Assembly (NCBI GenBank): GCA_050010195.1
Contig: JBEKLM010000002.1
Span: 56,089 to 120,088, forward strand
Source: Verrucomicrobiia bacterium
Lineage (GTDB): Bacteria; Verrucomicrobiota; Verrucomicrobiia; Palsa-1439
Direction of reading: 5' to 3'
Length of the DNA stretch: 64,000 nucleotides
A program made the position numbers and the translations under genes. Positions 9,557 to 19,836 of the stretch are shown one piece after another; the stretch's first letter is position 1, and each line of letters opens with the position of its first letter. The notes under the pieces are model-generated. The model had not been told where the DNA came from and did no database searches. It was given only the letters and a program-made list of their open reading frames with translations.

Positions 9557-11222
9557 CCGACATTTCCCATATGACCTGCGGCCCGCGACCATTGCGGGCC
9601 ATTCAGTTTCATTGATCGCATTTTATCCCTCCTGACACTGCAAGCAAGCCCTTTCTAGGCCCCGGAGACGATGCCTTCGGCTCTGGATTGCGTTCTGCAC
9701 TGGTTTTCGACCGATCGGAGGCAAAGCATCGCCGTCAGCCATTTTGCTTTCCCGCATTTGCCGCCCGGCGAGCATCAGCCGGGCAGTGGCATGGGCAATC
9801 TCAGCCACCCAATCCTTTCCAGAATCGTTCGGAACAATTCCCGCGAGACCGCCACCTCCGCCATCTGGAAGATCACCTGCCGCGAATGGCGCACCACCTT
9901 CGCGCCGATCTTGATCAGTTTCTCCCGCAACGTGGTCAGCGTCCAGTGCCGCACCGCTTGGGGCAACACAGCCTGACGCAGGAAGTTGCCCAAGTTGTAC
10001 GCCAGCACAAATAGCTGCAACCGCACTTGGTTGTCCACAAAGTCGTGACAGGACAGGCGCGTCCATTTGACGGCGTTCTTGCCTTCCTTGATCCACTGCT
10101 CCGCCGTGCCCCGCTGGTTGTAGAATCGCACGACTCGTTTGGCGGGGCTGTCCAAGTTGGTGACAACAAAGCCGACACGCGGGAACAATTCCCCCTTGTG
10201 CCACTCGACCTTGGCCACCACGCGGCGGGCGCGTTCCCAACTCTGCGCCTGATACAAAAAGTCATCATACCAGACCACCGGTGCGTTCGAGGGACGGCCC
10301 ACTGGCCGAGTCAGCAGCGGCGTGATCTCCTGTTGCAACACCTCATTGGCCGGGAGACGGATGGCGTACCCGTAGCCTTCGGCTTCCAAGAAGCCATATA
10401 CCTCCGGGTTCGCAAAGGCCGCATCCGCTCGGAAGTAGCGCGGCAACTTCTGGCTGCGGTAGCGGGCCACCACCGGCTCCAACACGGCCCGCCAATCGTT
10501 GGCGCTATGGACGTTGCCTTCCCGCAACAGGGCTTGTTCCACATCGCCGAATTGATTGAAACAAAACAGCGGGTGGTAGCAGGTACAATTGAAATGCCCG
10601 TTGTAGGCCGTGCCTTCCTGCTCCCCATAGGTTTCGCTGACCGAACTATCCATGTCGAGGATCAGTTCCCGCATCGGTTGGCGTTCCCGCAACTGCTCAA
10701 TCCATAACCCCGACAACCTCGTCAACTCCGTCAGATTCCGCGGCTGCGTCAACACTTCCGTCTCGAAGCGACCCATTTGGCTGGTGGAGGCTGCCGTGCG
10801 CTCCGTGGCTCGCCCGCCAACGACCTGTCGCACGGTCGGATCGACAGAGAGTCGTTCGGCGTCATTGGTGTCTTCATATCCCGCCAGCCGACTGAAGATC
10901 GACTGCCGCAGCAGGGCCACCAGCGAGTGTTGCGTGTTCTTGCCCGTGCGCCAGTCATCCAACAGGCCACCACTCCTTGCGGTCAGCTCCAACGCCTCAT
11001 CGAGTTCCCGGTACACGAGCAGACCTGCATCGGAGGTGACCTTGGAACCGTGAAACTCCAGCTTCAAACGACTATCGAAAGTTACCCGCAGAGCCGATTT
11101 GTTAGTTGCACCCATTGGATTCCCCACCTTTTGTCGCTTCAACATCGACCAAAGCCTTTGTTTATGCGGCCAAATTCTATGTCACTAACACTGACTTGTG
11201 AAGCGAATCCGGGAAATGTGGG
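9557..11222 (-). mobile_element. IS1380-family insertion sequence (1666 bp)
   Basis: Terminal inverted repeats CCGACATTTCCC (9557-9568) and GGGAAATGTGGG (11211-11222), 11/12 match, enclosing the transposase. Confidence 0.85.
9775..11145 (-). CDS. IS1380-family DDE transposase
   Basis: [48 protein letters not shown]; start may be ~30 bp further in. Confidence 0.95.
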   Translation of the reverse strand: MLKRQKVGNPMGATNKSALRVTFDSRLKLEFHGSKVTSDAGLLVYRELDEALELTARSGGLLDDWRTGKNTQHSLVALLRQSIFSRLAGYEDTNDAERLSVDPTVRQVVGGRATERTAASTSQMGRFETEVLTQPRNLTELTRLSGLWIEQLRERQPMRELILDMDSSVSETYGEQEGTAYNGHFNCTCYHPLFCFNQFGDVEQALLREGNVHSANDWRAVLEPVVARYRSQKLPRYFRADAAFANPEVYGFLEAEGYGYAIRLPANEVLQQEITPLLTRPVGRPSNAPVVWYDDFLYQAQSWERARRVVAKVEWHKGELFPRVGFVVTNLDSPAKRVVRFYNQRGTAEQWIKEGKNAVKWTRLSCHDFVDNQVRLQLFVLAYNLGNFLRQAVLPQAVRHWTLTTLREKLIKIGAKVVRHSRQVIFQMAEVAVSRELFRTILERIGWLRLPMPLPG

Positions 11223-11250
11223 GTAAAAGATATGTAAAACTTCGCGGGGG

Positions 11251-13032
11251 CTATCGCGGGAGGAGGACCGTGAAGAGCGCGCCGCCGCCGGGCGCGTCGG
11301 CGTAGGTGACGCGGCCACCATGCGCTTCGGCCAATCCTTTCACCAATACCAAGCCGAGCCCCAAACCCGCGGGCGCATCGTCGCGGTTGCCGCGCGCGAA
11401 CGGACGGAAGAGTTTTTCCCGCGCGTCCGCCGGGATCCCCGGTCCGTGGTCACGCACGGACAACGCCACCGACCGATCGGCCGGGGAAAGCGCGACATGA
11501 ATCTCCCGGTCACGGGCCGTGCGCGAGTATTTCTCGGCGTTATCCACCAGGTTCTGGATGATTTCGGCGATCGCATCCCGGTCGAAGCGCGCTTCTGGAA
11601 ACTGGTCCGGGATGGAAAGCTCGATGCGAGCCCCGGCGGCTTCGAGGGCGGGGCGCTGACGTTCGAGGCATTCCCGCACGACAGCCGCCAGGTCACCGGG
11701 CACGGGACGGACATTGAGCGCACCGCGCTCGAGGCGCGAGAACCCGAGCACATTGGAGACAACGCGGCCCAGGCGCGCGGCTTCTTCCGCGACGCGATTC
11801 GCGTAGTCCCGGGTGCGTGTCGGGTCGCCCAACCCATCGGCGAGCATCTCGCTGTACATGCGCAGACCGGCGAGCGGGGTGCGCAGTTCGTGCGCGGCCG
11901 AGGCGGCGAATTGCGAGCGCTGGCGCGCGAGCCGTTCGGTGTTCCAAACCAACGCCACGACGCAGAGGCCGGCCACGCTGGCGGCCCCGGCGCCGGCCCA
12001 AAAGAGCTGCAGAAAACTGACCCAATTGTGACGGGCCAGCGCATCCGCCGCGGCGAATTCTTTGGCGGCGCTGACGACGATGTACCAGCCCGTGCTTTCG
12101 AGCCGCGCGACGGCCACATACGAGCCCGTGGTGCCGTTGGGCGTGAAGCGGGCGGGCAACGCGGCACTCTTGAGAGTGTCCGCCACGGCTTCATTGGAGA
12201 TGACAAAACCCTGCACGAGGACACCCACGGGCGTGGTGACATTGCGCAACGCGACGAGGCACGGCCCGTTGGAGGTCTGCAGGGAACACCATTGGAACTC
12301 GCCGACGCCGATGGAGACGTTCCGCTGCCCGTTCTTCAGGTGAAATCCGCCTTCGGCTAGCGTCGTTCCTGAATTGGTGCCGAATTTGATGTCCGAATAG
12401 ATCCTGGCCGCCAGCGCATTTTGGATCCAAGCGTCGGCCTCCATGACTTCGACATGCTGCTGCGGCAGCGATGCCGGAGACGGCGACGCGGAGGCGTAGA
12501 GGCGCGGCGAGGAGGAGGTTGGCAACGGTTGCGGCAGCCCCTTTTGGAGGTACGCGACGCACGCCGAAGCCTGCGCGGCCACCTGCAAATCGCTCTGGAT
12601 CGCACGTTGCGCCTCGACTTTGGCAAGGATTACGCCATCCACGTCCGCGTCGGGCAGCGTGGGCAGGGTGACCCGTCCCGCCGGGTCGATTTGGAAGTAC
12701 GCGCGGATGAGCGGGTCGGTCGGTCCCTGGGCCAGCGGCGAGGGGGTGACGGACGGGCCTTCGGACGCGCCTCTCGGGTCGTGATAGAGCGATTGATATT
12801 GATAGAAGGGACGGTTGGACTCGGATTCCAGAAGCGTCTGGAGTCGATCCTGAAGGCGTTCCACCAGTTGACGGGCGGTGTCGCTGGCGAAACGCCGCGG
12901 CGGCGATTCGATTTGGTCGACCGTGCGTTGCACTTCGCGCGAGCCAACGATGTACCACGCGCAACAGGGAACCACCAGCGCCGCGATCGTCAGGACGAGC
13001 GCCAGGGTCGTGCGACTGCGCCAGAACCTCAT
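11251..13032 (-). CDS. Membrane sensor histidine kinase
   Basis: Two TMs flanking a periplasmic domain; AHELRTPL H-box, NLVDNAEKY, DHGPGI, GLGLGL; ATGA overlap with the regulator. Confidence 0.93.
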   Translation of the reverse strand: MRFWRSRTTLALVLTIAALVVPCCAWYIVGSREVQRTVDQIESPPRRFASDTARQLVERLQDRLQTLLESESNRPFYQYQSLYHDPRGASEGPSVTPSPLAQGPTDPLIRAYFQIDPAGRVTLPTLPDADVDGVILAKVEAQRAIQSDLQVAAQASACVAYLQKGLPQPLPTSSSPRLYASASPSPASLPQQHVEVMEADAWIQNALAARIYSDIKFGTNSGTTLAEGGFHLKNGQRNVSIGVGEFQWCSLQTSNGPCLVALRNVTTPVGVLVQGFVISNEAVADTLKSAALPARFTPNGTTGSYVAVARLESTGWYIVVSAAKEFAAADALARHNWVSFLQLFWAGAGAASVAGLCVVALVWNTERLARQRSQFAASAAHELRTPLAGLRMYSEMLADGLGDPTRTRDYANRVAEEAARLGRVVSNVLGFSRLERGALNVRPVPGDLAAVVRECLERQRPALEAAGARIELSIPDQFPEARFDRDAIAEIIQNLVDNAEKYSRTARDREIHVALSPADRSVALSVRDHGPGIPADAREKLFRPFARGNRDDAPAGLGLGLVLVKGLAEAHGGRVTYADAPGGGALFTVLLPR

Positions 13033-13709
13033 CGCTGGCCCCAGGCGTAGCCGACGCCCTGCACGGAAACGATGATCACCGGCGCGGCGTGATCGCGCTC
13101 GATCTTCTGGCGGAGGTGGGCGATGGTCACGTCGACGGTGCGGGTTTCCATGTCCGCGTTCGACCCCCAGACCTGTTCGAGCAATTCGCTGCGGGAGACG
13201 GCCCGTGCCCGGTGTCGATGGAGCCAGCGCACGATGCCGACTTCGCGGGGCGACAGCGGGATGATTTTGTGATGGCGGCACGCCTCGCAGTGCCCAAGGT
13301 CGAAGCGGCAGCCGTCGATCTCGATGATCTCCGGCTCCGCGGGCGCGGACTGGGCGCGGCGGGCGAGAGCGGCAATCCGGGCGAGGAGTTCGCGCGCCCC
13401 GAACGGCTTGGTGACGTAATCGTCCGCGCCGACCTTCAGGCCGCGCACCTTGTCTTCCTCGGAGCCCTTGGCGGTCAACATGAGGATGGGCAGGTCCGGC
13501 CGGGCTTTGCGAAGCCGGTGACAGACTTCGACGCCGTCGAGTTTCGGGAGCATCACGTCGAGCACGACGAGGTCGAGTTCGGGATCCAGGCCGCGCTTCG
13601 TGGCGGTGAGGCCGTCGGCCACCATGTCGACGGTATGGCCCGCGCCCTTGAGCAAGTCCGCCAACCCGTCCCGCAGCAGGGGATCATCTTCGACAACGAG
13701 GATTTTCAT
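13029..13709 (-). CDS. OmpR-family response regulator
   Basis: MKILVVEDD, LDVMLP, GADDYVTKPF, RTVDVTIAHLRQKIE...GVGY. Confidence 0.95.
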   Translation of the reverse strand: MKILVVEDDPLLRDGLADLLKGAGHTVDMVADGLTATKRGLDPELDLVVLDVMLPKLDGVEVCHRLRKARPDLPILMLTAKGSEEDKVRGLKVGADDYVTKPFGARELLARIAALARRAQSAPAEPEIIEIDGCRFDLGHCEACRHHKIIPLSPREVGIVRWLHRHRARAVSRSELLEQVWGSNADMETRTVDVTIAHLRQKIERDHAAPVIIVSVQGVGYAWGQR

Positions 13710-13807
13710 GGTGTTCCCAATCTCAGTGTAATCCGCCGCATCGATGGGGGAAAGTAAAAGGTGTGTAAAAACCGGGGGGTGATTACAAAGTGGTGATTGC
13801 TGTATCA

Positions 13808-13924
13808 ACCGTCCCTCTCACCCGTCCCCGCAAACGACGGCGGGGCCGGACTCTCCCCCGGTGGGGCGAGGCGTGCATTGCTGCCATTTCCTCTCCCCGT
13901 GGGGGAGAGGATCAAGGTGAGGGG
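13808..13924. repeat. Inverted pair of CCCCTCACC...CTCTCCCC...GGGGAGAGG REP-like palindromes
   Basis: Intact reverse copy at 13889-13924; interrupted copy at 13808-13871; relatives at 24766, 30053 and 31958. Confidence 0.75.
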
Positions 13925-14008
13925 TGCTGTTTGCGTCTGACCACCGCCTTTAATTAGGCTCCAAAAGCCGTTGGCCTCTGCGCGGATTGTGGTACAAGGT
14001 TTCCCGTG

Positions 14009-14551
14009 ATGAAAAAGATGATTCGCGGCGCGACGTTGGAAATCGTACAGGGCGACATCACCGCGTTGGCGGTGGATGCGATTGTCAACGCGGCGAACGG
14101 TTACTTGAAACATGGCGGGGGCGTGGCCGCGGCCATCTCGCGCAAGGGCGGGCCGACGATCCAACAGGAATCCGACGCGCTGATTTCGACGCGCGGGCCA
14201 CTCAAGACCGGCGAAGCGGTCATCACGGGTGGCGGCAAACTGGCGGCGAAGTTTGTGATTCATGCTGTCGGCCCGGTCTGGAGCCGGCACGACCCGTCGG
14301 AGGCGGACCGACTGTTGTGCGAGGCGGTGAGGAGCAGCCTCACACTGGCCGAGGAGAAAGCCTTGAAGTCCATCGCGTTTCCAGCCATCAGCACGGGCAT
14401 CTATGGGTTCCCCATCGAGCGCGCCGCGCCGTTGATGCTCCAAGAAGCGAGACGCCACCTCGAAGGGGAAGCAGGTTTGGAGCGCGTGTTGTTTTGTCTG
14501 TACGACGCGGCAAGCGATCAGGTCTTCGAGTCGGCATTCGCAGATCTTTGA
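14009..14551 (+). CDS. Macro domain protein (O-acetyl-ADP-ribose deacetylase-like)
   Basis: GDIT, DAIVNAAN, HGGGVAAAI, HAVGP, FPAISTGIYGFP. Confidence 0.93.
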   Translation: MKKMIRGATLEIVQGDITALAVDAIVNAANGYLKHGGGVAAAISRKGGPTIQQESDALISTRGPLKTGEAVITGGGKLAAKFVIHAVGPVWSRHDPSEADRLLCEAVRSSLTLAEEKALKSIAFPAISTGIYGFPIERAAPLMLQEARRHLEGEAGLERVLFCLYDAASDQVFESAFADL

Positions 14552-14612
14552 GCGTCGTCCGCCGCCATCGATGCCACTTGAGCGTTGTCGCGTCCGATGC
14601 TAGCTTTCCCGC

Positions 14613-15158
14613 ATGAAAACTTTCGCGCTCGTCGCGGTCGCGCTGCTTTTACAAACCATGACCATCCACGCGCAAGCCATCGATAAGATCGCGGTCAAAG
14701 ACATTGACCACAAGGAGACAACCCTGGGGGCGTACCAGGGCAAGGTGCGGCTCATCGTCAATGTGGCCTCCAAATGCGGCTTCACCCCGCAATACGCCGC
14801 GCTCGAGAGCGTCTACGAGAAATACAAGGACAAGGGCCTCGTCGTCCTCGGGTTCCCCTGCAACCAGTTTGGCGGGCAGGAGCCGGGCACCAGCGAGGAG
14901 ATCAAGCTGTTCTGCTCCAGCAAATACAATGTCACGTTCCCGCTGTTTGAGAAGATCGATGTGAACGGTCCGCAGCGGCACCCGCTGTACACGCTGCTGG
15001 CGGGCAGCGATTCGCCGTTCCCCGGCGACATCAAATGGAATTTCACCAAGTTCCTGATTGGCCGCGACGGCACGATCCTCAAGCGGTTTGATTCCAAAAC
15101 CACCCCGAACTCACCCGACGTGATTACCGCCATCGATGCCGCGCTGGCGGCGAAGTAG
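14613..15158 (+). CDS. Glutathione peroxidase family protein with signal peptide
   Basis: VNVASKCGFTPQY, GFPCNQFGGQEPG, KWNFTKFL. Confidence 0.95.
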   Translation: MKTFALVAVALLLQTMTIHAQAIDKIAVKDIDHKETTLGAYQGKVRLIVNVASKCGFTPQYAALESVYEKYKDKGLVVLGFPCNQFGGQEPGTSEEIKLFCSSKYNVTFPLFEKIDVNGPQRHPLYTLLAGSDSPFPGDIKWNFTKFLIGRDGTILKRFDSKTTPNSPDVITAIDAALAAK

Positions 15159-15184
15159 CGCGGAAGGGTCAAGATACACCCGAA

Positions 15185-15997
15185 TCAGGTCTTCGACTCG
15201 GCCTTGGCCAGCCTCTGAGCCGATTGTCGCACGAAGAAGTCAAGCAGGGGCGGACAAAGCCGGCGCAGCCAGATGGCAATCCGCGCGGAGACGGTCAACA
15301 CGACCTGGCGTTTGTGCCGGGCGCACCCGCGAAGAAGAGCCTGGGCGACTTGTGCGGGATGTTGTCCCGCGAACGGGCTCTGGCGGACGGGGCCGCCGTA
15401 CCGATACATGTGATCGAAAAACGGCGTGTCGGTGTAGGCCGGCAGGACGGAGATGACCTCGATTCCCGTCCCCTGCAATTCGATCCGCAGCGTATCGCTC
15501 ACGGCCAACAGCGCGAACTTGCTGGCGCAGTAGGCGCTGTTGCGCGCCGCGACCACCATGCTCAACACGCTGCCGACATTGACAATCTGTCCGGCGCCCT
15601 GCCGGCGCATCTGGGGCAATACGGCCTGAATGCAGCGGATGGGTCCGTAGAGATTCACGTCCATGAGCGACTGCACATCGTCGAGCGGCGTATCGGCGAA
15701 CGTGGCGCGCATCCCGACGCCGGCATTGTTGACGAGGATATCCACGCGGCCGAACTTCTCGACCGTGGTTGCCACGAGTTGCCGCACGTCCTCGTCCTTC
15801 GTGACGTCGGCGGGCACGACCAGCAACCGGTCGTGCCACTCGGGATGCGCGTTGGCGATCTCGCGCAATTTGGTTTCATTTCGCGCGGCAAGGACGACGC
15901 GGGCGCCTTCGCGGGCAAATTCCAATACGGTTTCCAAACCGATGCCGCTGGAGGCGCCGGTGACAATGACGACCTTATCCTGAAAGCGAACGCGCAT
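15185..15997 (-). CDS. Short-chain dehydrogenase/reductase
   Basis: TGASSGIG, NNAG, YCASK. Confidence 0.92.
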   Translation of the reverse strand: MRVRFQDKVVIVTGASSGIGLETVLEFAREGARVVLAARNETKLREIANAHPEWHDRLLVVPADVTKDEDVRQLVATTVEKFGRVDILVNNAGVGMRATFADTPLDDVQSLMDVNLYGPIRCIQAVLPQMRRQGAGQIVNVGSVLSMVVAARNSAYCASKFALLAVSDTLRIELQGTGIEVISVLPAYTDTPFFDHMYRYGGPVRQSPFAGQHPAQVAQALLRGCARHKRQVVLTVSARIAIWLRRLCPPLLDFFVRQSAQRLAKAESKT

Positions 15998-16073
15998 GGT
16001 GAAGTCGATTTCTCTTCTCAGTCGAACAAGACCATGGTACATGGCCAGCGGTTGCCTTGGCAACGCTTGAGCC

Positions 16074-16463
16074 ATGAACGACGATCTTGTCACCTCCCCG
16101 AAGTACGTGCTCGCCATTGACGACGAACCCGAGATTCTGGAGATTATTCGACAATGTCTGGAAGGCGAAGGGATGCCCGTCCTCACCGCCCTGGGATCCA
16201 AGAACGGACTGGAGACGTACGAGAATCGCTGGCGGGAGATCGGAGTGGTCCTGCTGGATTACGTGATGCCGGAGATGACGGGGGACCTGGTGCTTGAGTT
16301 TCTCCAACGAATCAATCCCGACGTGCGCGTGATTTTGTTGACGGGGTGCGACGACCAGGTTGCCCGCGGGATGTTCGAGGCCGGCGTGCGCGGTTACATC
16401 CAGAAGCCGTTCTACATCGACGATCTGGTGCAGCGCGTCCGCGACGAATTATTGCAGGCGTGA
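16074..16463 (+). CDS. Single-domain response regulator (REC)
   Basis: AIDDE, LLDYVMP, GYIQKPF; similar to 4888-5364. Confidence 0.9.
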   Translation: MNDDLVTSPKYVLAIDDEPEILEIIRQCLEGEGMPVLTALGSKNGLETYENRWREIGVVLLDYVMPEMTGDLVLEFLQRINPDVRVILLTGCDDQVARGMFEAGVRGYIQKPFYIDDLVQRVRDELLQA

Positions 16464-16523
16464 TTGGAGGCGTGGTGATACAAAATTCTTGGAAACACGA
16501 CCCGAGCCGGAGTAGATTGCGCC

Positions 16524-17054
16524 ATGAGCAAAAGTGAACGGTCCGAGAATCTGGTGGAGGTGCATCACGCGCACGACGAATGGGAAGGCAGCATCATCGT
16601 CGGATATTTGCGCGACAACGGGGTGGAAGCCACCCTGCAAGAACCACCGTCGATGCCGCCATTCGATGCCGCCGAGTCGCTGAGCGGCACGGAGAGAATG
16701 AACGGCATCTTCGTGCTCGAACACGACGCCGACCGCGCACGCAGCCTGTTGAAAGAGTTCCTGGACACGGTGACGGACGAACAGATCGTGGAGGACGCGG
16801 CCGGTCAGAAGCTGAAGGTCGACAAGGAAACGATTGGACGATTGCGCACCGCGTTGCGGGAAGAACGCAAGACGTTTGCGTTCCTCGGGTGGACCGGGGT
16901 CGTGTTTCTCGGCGCGGCGGCCCTGCTCTGGGCGATCTGGCCGGCCTGGTTGAAGATCGGGCCACCACCGGCGGAGTTTCGGTGGGTGGTCGTGGTCCTG
17001 CTCGCGCTGGCGGCGGTGTTTGCCGGTAATTGGGCCAGCCGACCCACGAAATGA
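16524..17054 (+). CDS. DUF2007-like signal-transducing protein with two C-terminal TMs
   Basis: E..II.G.L...GVEA...IFVLE.D..RA..LL pattern plus two hydrophobic helices. Confidence 0.65.
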   Translation: MSKSERSENLVEVHHAHDEWEGSIIVGYLRDNGVEATLQEPPSMPPFDAAESLSGTERMNGIFVLEHDADRARSLLKEFLDTVTDEQIVEDAAGQKLKVDKETIGRLRTALREERKTFAFLGWTGVVFLGAAALLWAIWPAWLKIGPPPAEFRWVVVVLLALAAVFAGNWASRPTK

Positions 17055-17278
17055 AGCTGGCGTGCAACATCGACCAACGGGGCAAGCGGGCGCGGCTGAT
17101 CGGCGGGGCGATTGTCGTGTTGTGCGGCGGGGCGTTGATTGTCACCGGTGTGATCAGCGGATCGAAGGCGCTGCTGGTGGCCGGCGTTTTTTTGGATGTT
17201 GCGGGCGCGTTCATGATCTTCGAGGGCGCCCGCGGCTGGTGTGTCCTGCGCGCCATCGGCATCAAGACACCGATGTAA
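17051..17278 (+). CDS. Small membrane protein (DUF2892/YgaP-like)
   Basis: CNID..G.R.RL, two TMs, GWCVLRAIGI; ATGA overlap with upstream gene. Confidence 0.7.
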   Translation: MKLACNIDQRGKRARLIGGAIVVLCGGALIVTGVISGSKALLVAGVFLDVAGAFMIFEGARGWCVLRAIGIKTPM

Positions 17279-17375
17279 AGCGGCATGGAGCAACTCAACC
17301 GTTACGGCGTATCCGGCTGACGACTTCTGAGTGGCGGCAACGATTGCTGACGCCCTATCACGAAAGTCAATTGAC

Positions 17376-18818
17376 CTATTTCCCGTCGCTCGCCGGGGGT
17401 TGAGGCTGCGGCTGCGAGAACCACACCCAATCGCCCTGGTTGAAGTCCTGGTGTCGCGAATTGCCCGTGCCGGTGAAAGCGATCTGGCCACCGTCGTCAA
17501 CCCCGTTCCATCCGATGGAGTAGAGCACGTACTGACCGTCCGGCAGACGGCGGTAGCGAAGCGACTCGCCGTCGATCACGTCATGCGGCACGCTGGCCAA
17601 AAACTCGGGCACAAGTGTTGGCAACGTATCGGGCAGTTGCCCGTGGACAAGCCGATACCGTTCCAGGGCGCAAGCGACGGCAGCCTCGTCCACGCTGGTT
17701 TGCGCACGCGCCAGATGGTTGGCGGCGTTTCCCAAGCCGGCCACGAGGAGCTTGCGCATCACGTTGTATGGCGTCTTGCGCATCGATTTCGTTGACCGAT
17801 CGATGTTCCCGAACATCTGTGGATCGATCCGCCGGTGCTCCTCATCGATCGCCGGCAGGTACGCTTCGGTGTAGAATCGATCCGTCGCCAGTTGATTCTG
17901 GTACAGCCAGCCGGACGGCACGGCGCGATCCAGCCAATTCGTGGGCGAAAGATCGTCGTTCGCGTTCATGAGTGCATTGACGAATCCGGATTGCGAAGGG
18001 TGTTCACGCATGGAGCAGATGTAGTAGTAGTTACACAACCGTTCGCCACGCATGGCCTTCACGAAGCTGGCGAACAGGTCGGCCTGTTCGAATCCCACCC
18101 GGAGCGCCGCCAACTGGCTTTCATTCCACCGGTGCGCGACGACCCCTTCCCATACGGGCTGCGCGGCCGTGTCCAAGACAGCCGCGCGTACCAAAAACGA
18201 AATCAGTGTAGGCTCGTCCTTCAATTTGTCCGCCAGCCGCAGACACATCTGCACGTCGTCGAAGGCCGCGTCGGTGTTGCCCACGGCCAGTTCCGCCAAC
18301 GCCCTCAACCGGTAGACTCGCGCCAGACTACGAAGGTAGTTCAAGTGGGGTAACAGCATGGCGCCGCCGTCTTCGTAGCGGATCGGGAAACGGGAATACG
18401 GACGGTGGCTGGCCTCGGAGATCTCGCGCAAGATGGGCTCGTACCTCGATAATGCGGCCAGCAGATCGGCGTTTGTGAAACACGCCTGCCACGCGCTCAG
18501 ATCTTCCATACGCCCCGTACGCCAGTTGCCCAAGGCGTTCGCGCAGGCCGGCAGGCGGATGGCGTACAGGCGCGGGTGCGCCGGTGGTTTCGGGAACAAT
18601 TCCGCGAACAGCGGTATGGTCGCGAAATTCTCACTGTCAGGAACCGCGGGCGGGACGACGGATGACCACTCGAAGCTGTCGCCGTTGGCCTCGCGTTCGC
18701 GCTGGTACGTGTCCCAAGCATGTTTTCCGCGCCAGTCTTCCTCGGCGTAGAACAGCGCCACGAGGGTAACGAGGCAGGCGATGACGAAGAGCGCCCAACG
18801 AAAGGTTTTTTTGAGCAT
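17376..18818 (-). CDS. Membrane-anchored helical protein with pseudopilin-like C-terminal domain
   Basis: N-terminal TM; ALERYRL..G.LP..L..LVP.FL...P.D...LYSIG.NG.DDGG; third gene of the ECF operon. Confidence 0.7.
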   Translation of the reverse strand: MLKKTFRWALFVIACLVTLVALFYAEEDWRGKHAWDTYQREREANGDSFEWSSVVPPAVPDSENFATIPLFAELFPKPPAHPRLYAIRLPACANALGNWRTGRMEDLSAWQACFTNADLLAALSRYEPILREISEASHRPYSRFPIRYEDGGAMLLPHLNYLRSLARVYRLRALAELAVGNTDAAFDDVQMCLRLADKLKDEPTLISFLVRAAVLDTAAQPVWEGVVAHRWNESQLAALRVGFEQADLFASFVKAMRGERLCNYYYICSMREHPSQSGFVNALMNANDDLSPTNWLDRAVPSGWLYQNQLATDRFYTEAYLPAIDEEHRRIDPQMFGNIDRSTKSMRKTPYNVMRKLLVAGLGNAANHLARAQTSVDEAAVACALERYRLVHGQLPDTLPTLVPEFLASVPHDVIDGESLRYRRLPDGQYVLYSIGWNGVDDGGQIAFTGTGNSRHQDFNQGDWVWFSQPQPQPPASDGK

Positions 18819-18819
18819 G

Positions 18820-19215
18820 TCAGGCCTCCCCGGTGATCCGGCAAGATTCACTTTGCGGTCCCGGCGGGTACGGATGTTTTGTTTCCGCCGGAGACTCGGC
18901 AGGGGAACCCAGTAGTTGCGCCAGCTCCCGTTGTTGTTGGGCCAACGCCAAAGCCATGTCGCGGGATGACGCCGGTGATCGTTCGGCCAGTTGTCGTTCC
19001 GCAGCCAGTGGCCGAGTGGCCACGTTCAACGCCAGGATGACCACCCAGACACACGCCAATCCCGCCCATGCGGACGGCGAGGGCCACAACCATTCACGCC
19101 ACCATGGCGGTTGGAAAGCCTCCGGTTGCGCGGCCGTCGGGAGAATCACGGCCCGCCACGCCGGCGGCACGTCGCGCAGCGGGTGCTTCTTCAGAAACTG
19201 TTCAAACTCGTCCAT
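18820..19215 (-). CDS. Putative membrane anti-sigma factor
   Basis: Short single-TM protein overlapping the ECF sigma stop. Confidence 0.6.
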   Translation of the reverse strand: MDEFEQFLKKHPLRDVPPAWRAVILPTAAQPEAFQPPWWREWLWPSPSAWAGLACVWVVILALNVATRPLAAERQLAERSPASSRDMALALAQQQRELAQLLGSPAESPAETKHPYPPGPQSESCRITGEA

Positions 19216-19729
19216 GTTGCTTGATCTCGTCATAGAGTGGACGCAGCCGTTCGCGCAATTTGTCTATGCCGTAGCGGTAGCGGCTGGCGGCGGTGTTGGG
19301 CGGGATGCCCAATGTCTCCGCGATGGCCTCGAATGTCATGTCCTCCCACAGTTTCAGGTGAACGACGGCGCGCTGGTCGGCAGGCAGTTCTGCCAATGCT
19401 GCCGCCAGGCCCAGCCGAAACGCCGTATCATCGGGGTTATCACTCGGGGCGAATACCGCGGCGGATTCCGCAGCGAGCTGGTCGTGGTTCCTTTGTCTCG
19501 TCGCGCGGCGTCGCATCAGATCAATGGCCTGATTGTGGGCGAGACGGATCAGGAATGCGCGTGGCTCGGTGACATTCTGGAGCAACTGCGGATGACGACC
19601 GAGTTTGAGGAACAGTTCCTGCACAACGTCATGGGTATCGGCTTCATGGCGGGTGAAATTCAGGAGAAACGCAAACAGGGCCTGTGCGTGGTCGTCATAC
19701 AGCCGTTGCAGGTCGTGCGGCGCGGCCAT
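19202..19729 (-). CDS. ECF sigma-70 factor
   Basis: DVVQELF region 2; LPADQRAVV.L...TFEAIAE.LGIPPNTAASR region 4. Confidence 0.92.
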   Translation of the reverse strand: MAAPHDLQRLYDDHAQALFAFLLNFTRHEADTHDVVQELFLKLGRHPQLLQNVTEPRAFLIRLAHNQAIDLMRRRATRQRNHDQLAAESAAVFAPSDNPDDTAFRLGLAAALAELPADQRAVVHLKLWEDMTFEAIAETLGIPPNTAASRYRYGIDKLRERLRPLYDEIKQHGRV

Positions 19730-19836
19730 TTTCCTGTGATTGACGCTTCTGTCAACGGGATTTGTCTATACTACCTGCGCTTCCCGTACGTGTCGAGAAG
19801 CCAAGCGGACGGGTAGTGGGTCAGTTTGAAAAAAGC

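Noticed and set aside
13033-13281. N-terminal extensions in the ORF track (histidine kinase; also SppA 37573-38148, CydA 53781-53975, SDR 15998-16201)
   Set aside because: They overlap neighbouring genes; downstream starts with an RBS or coupling fit the family N-termini
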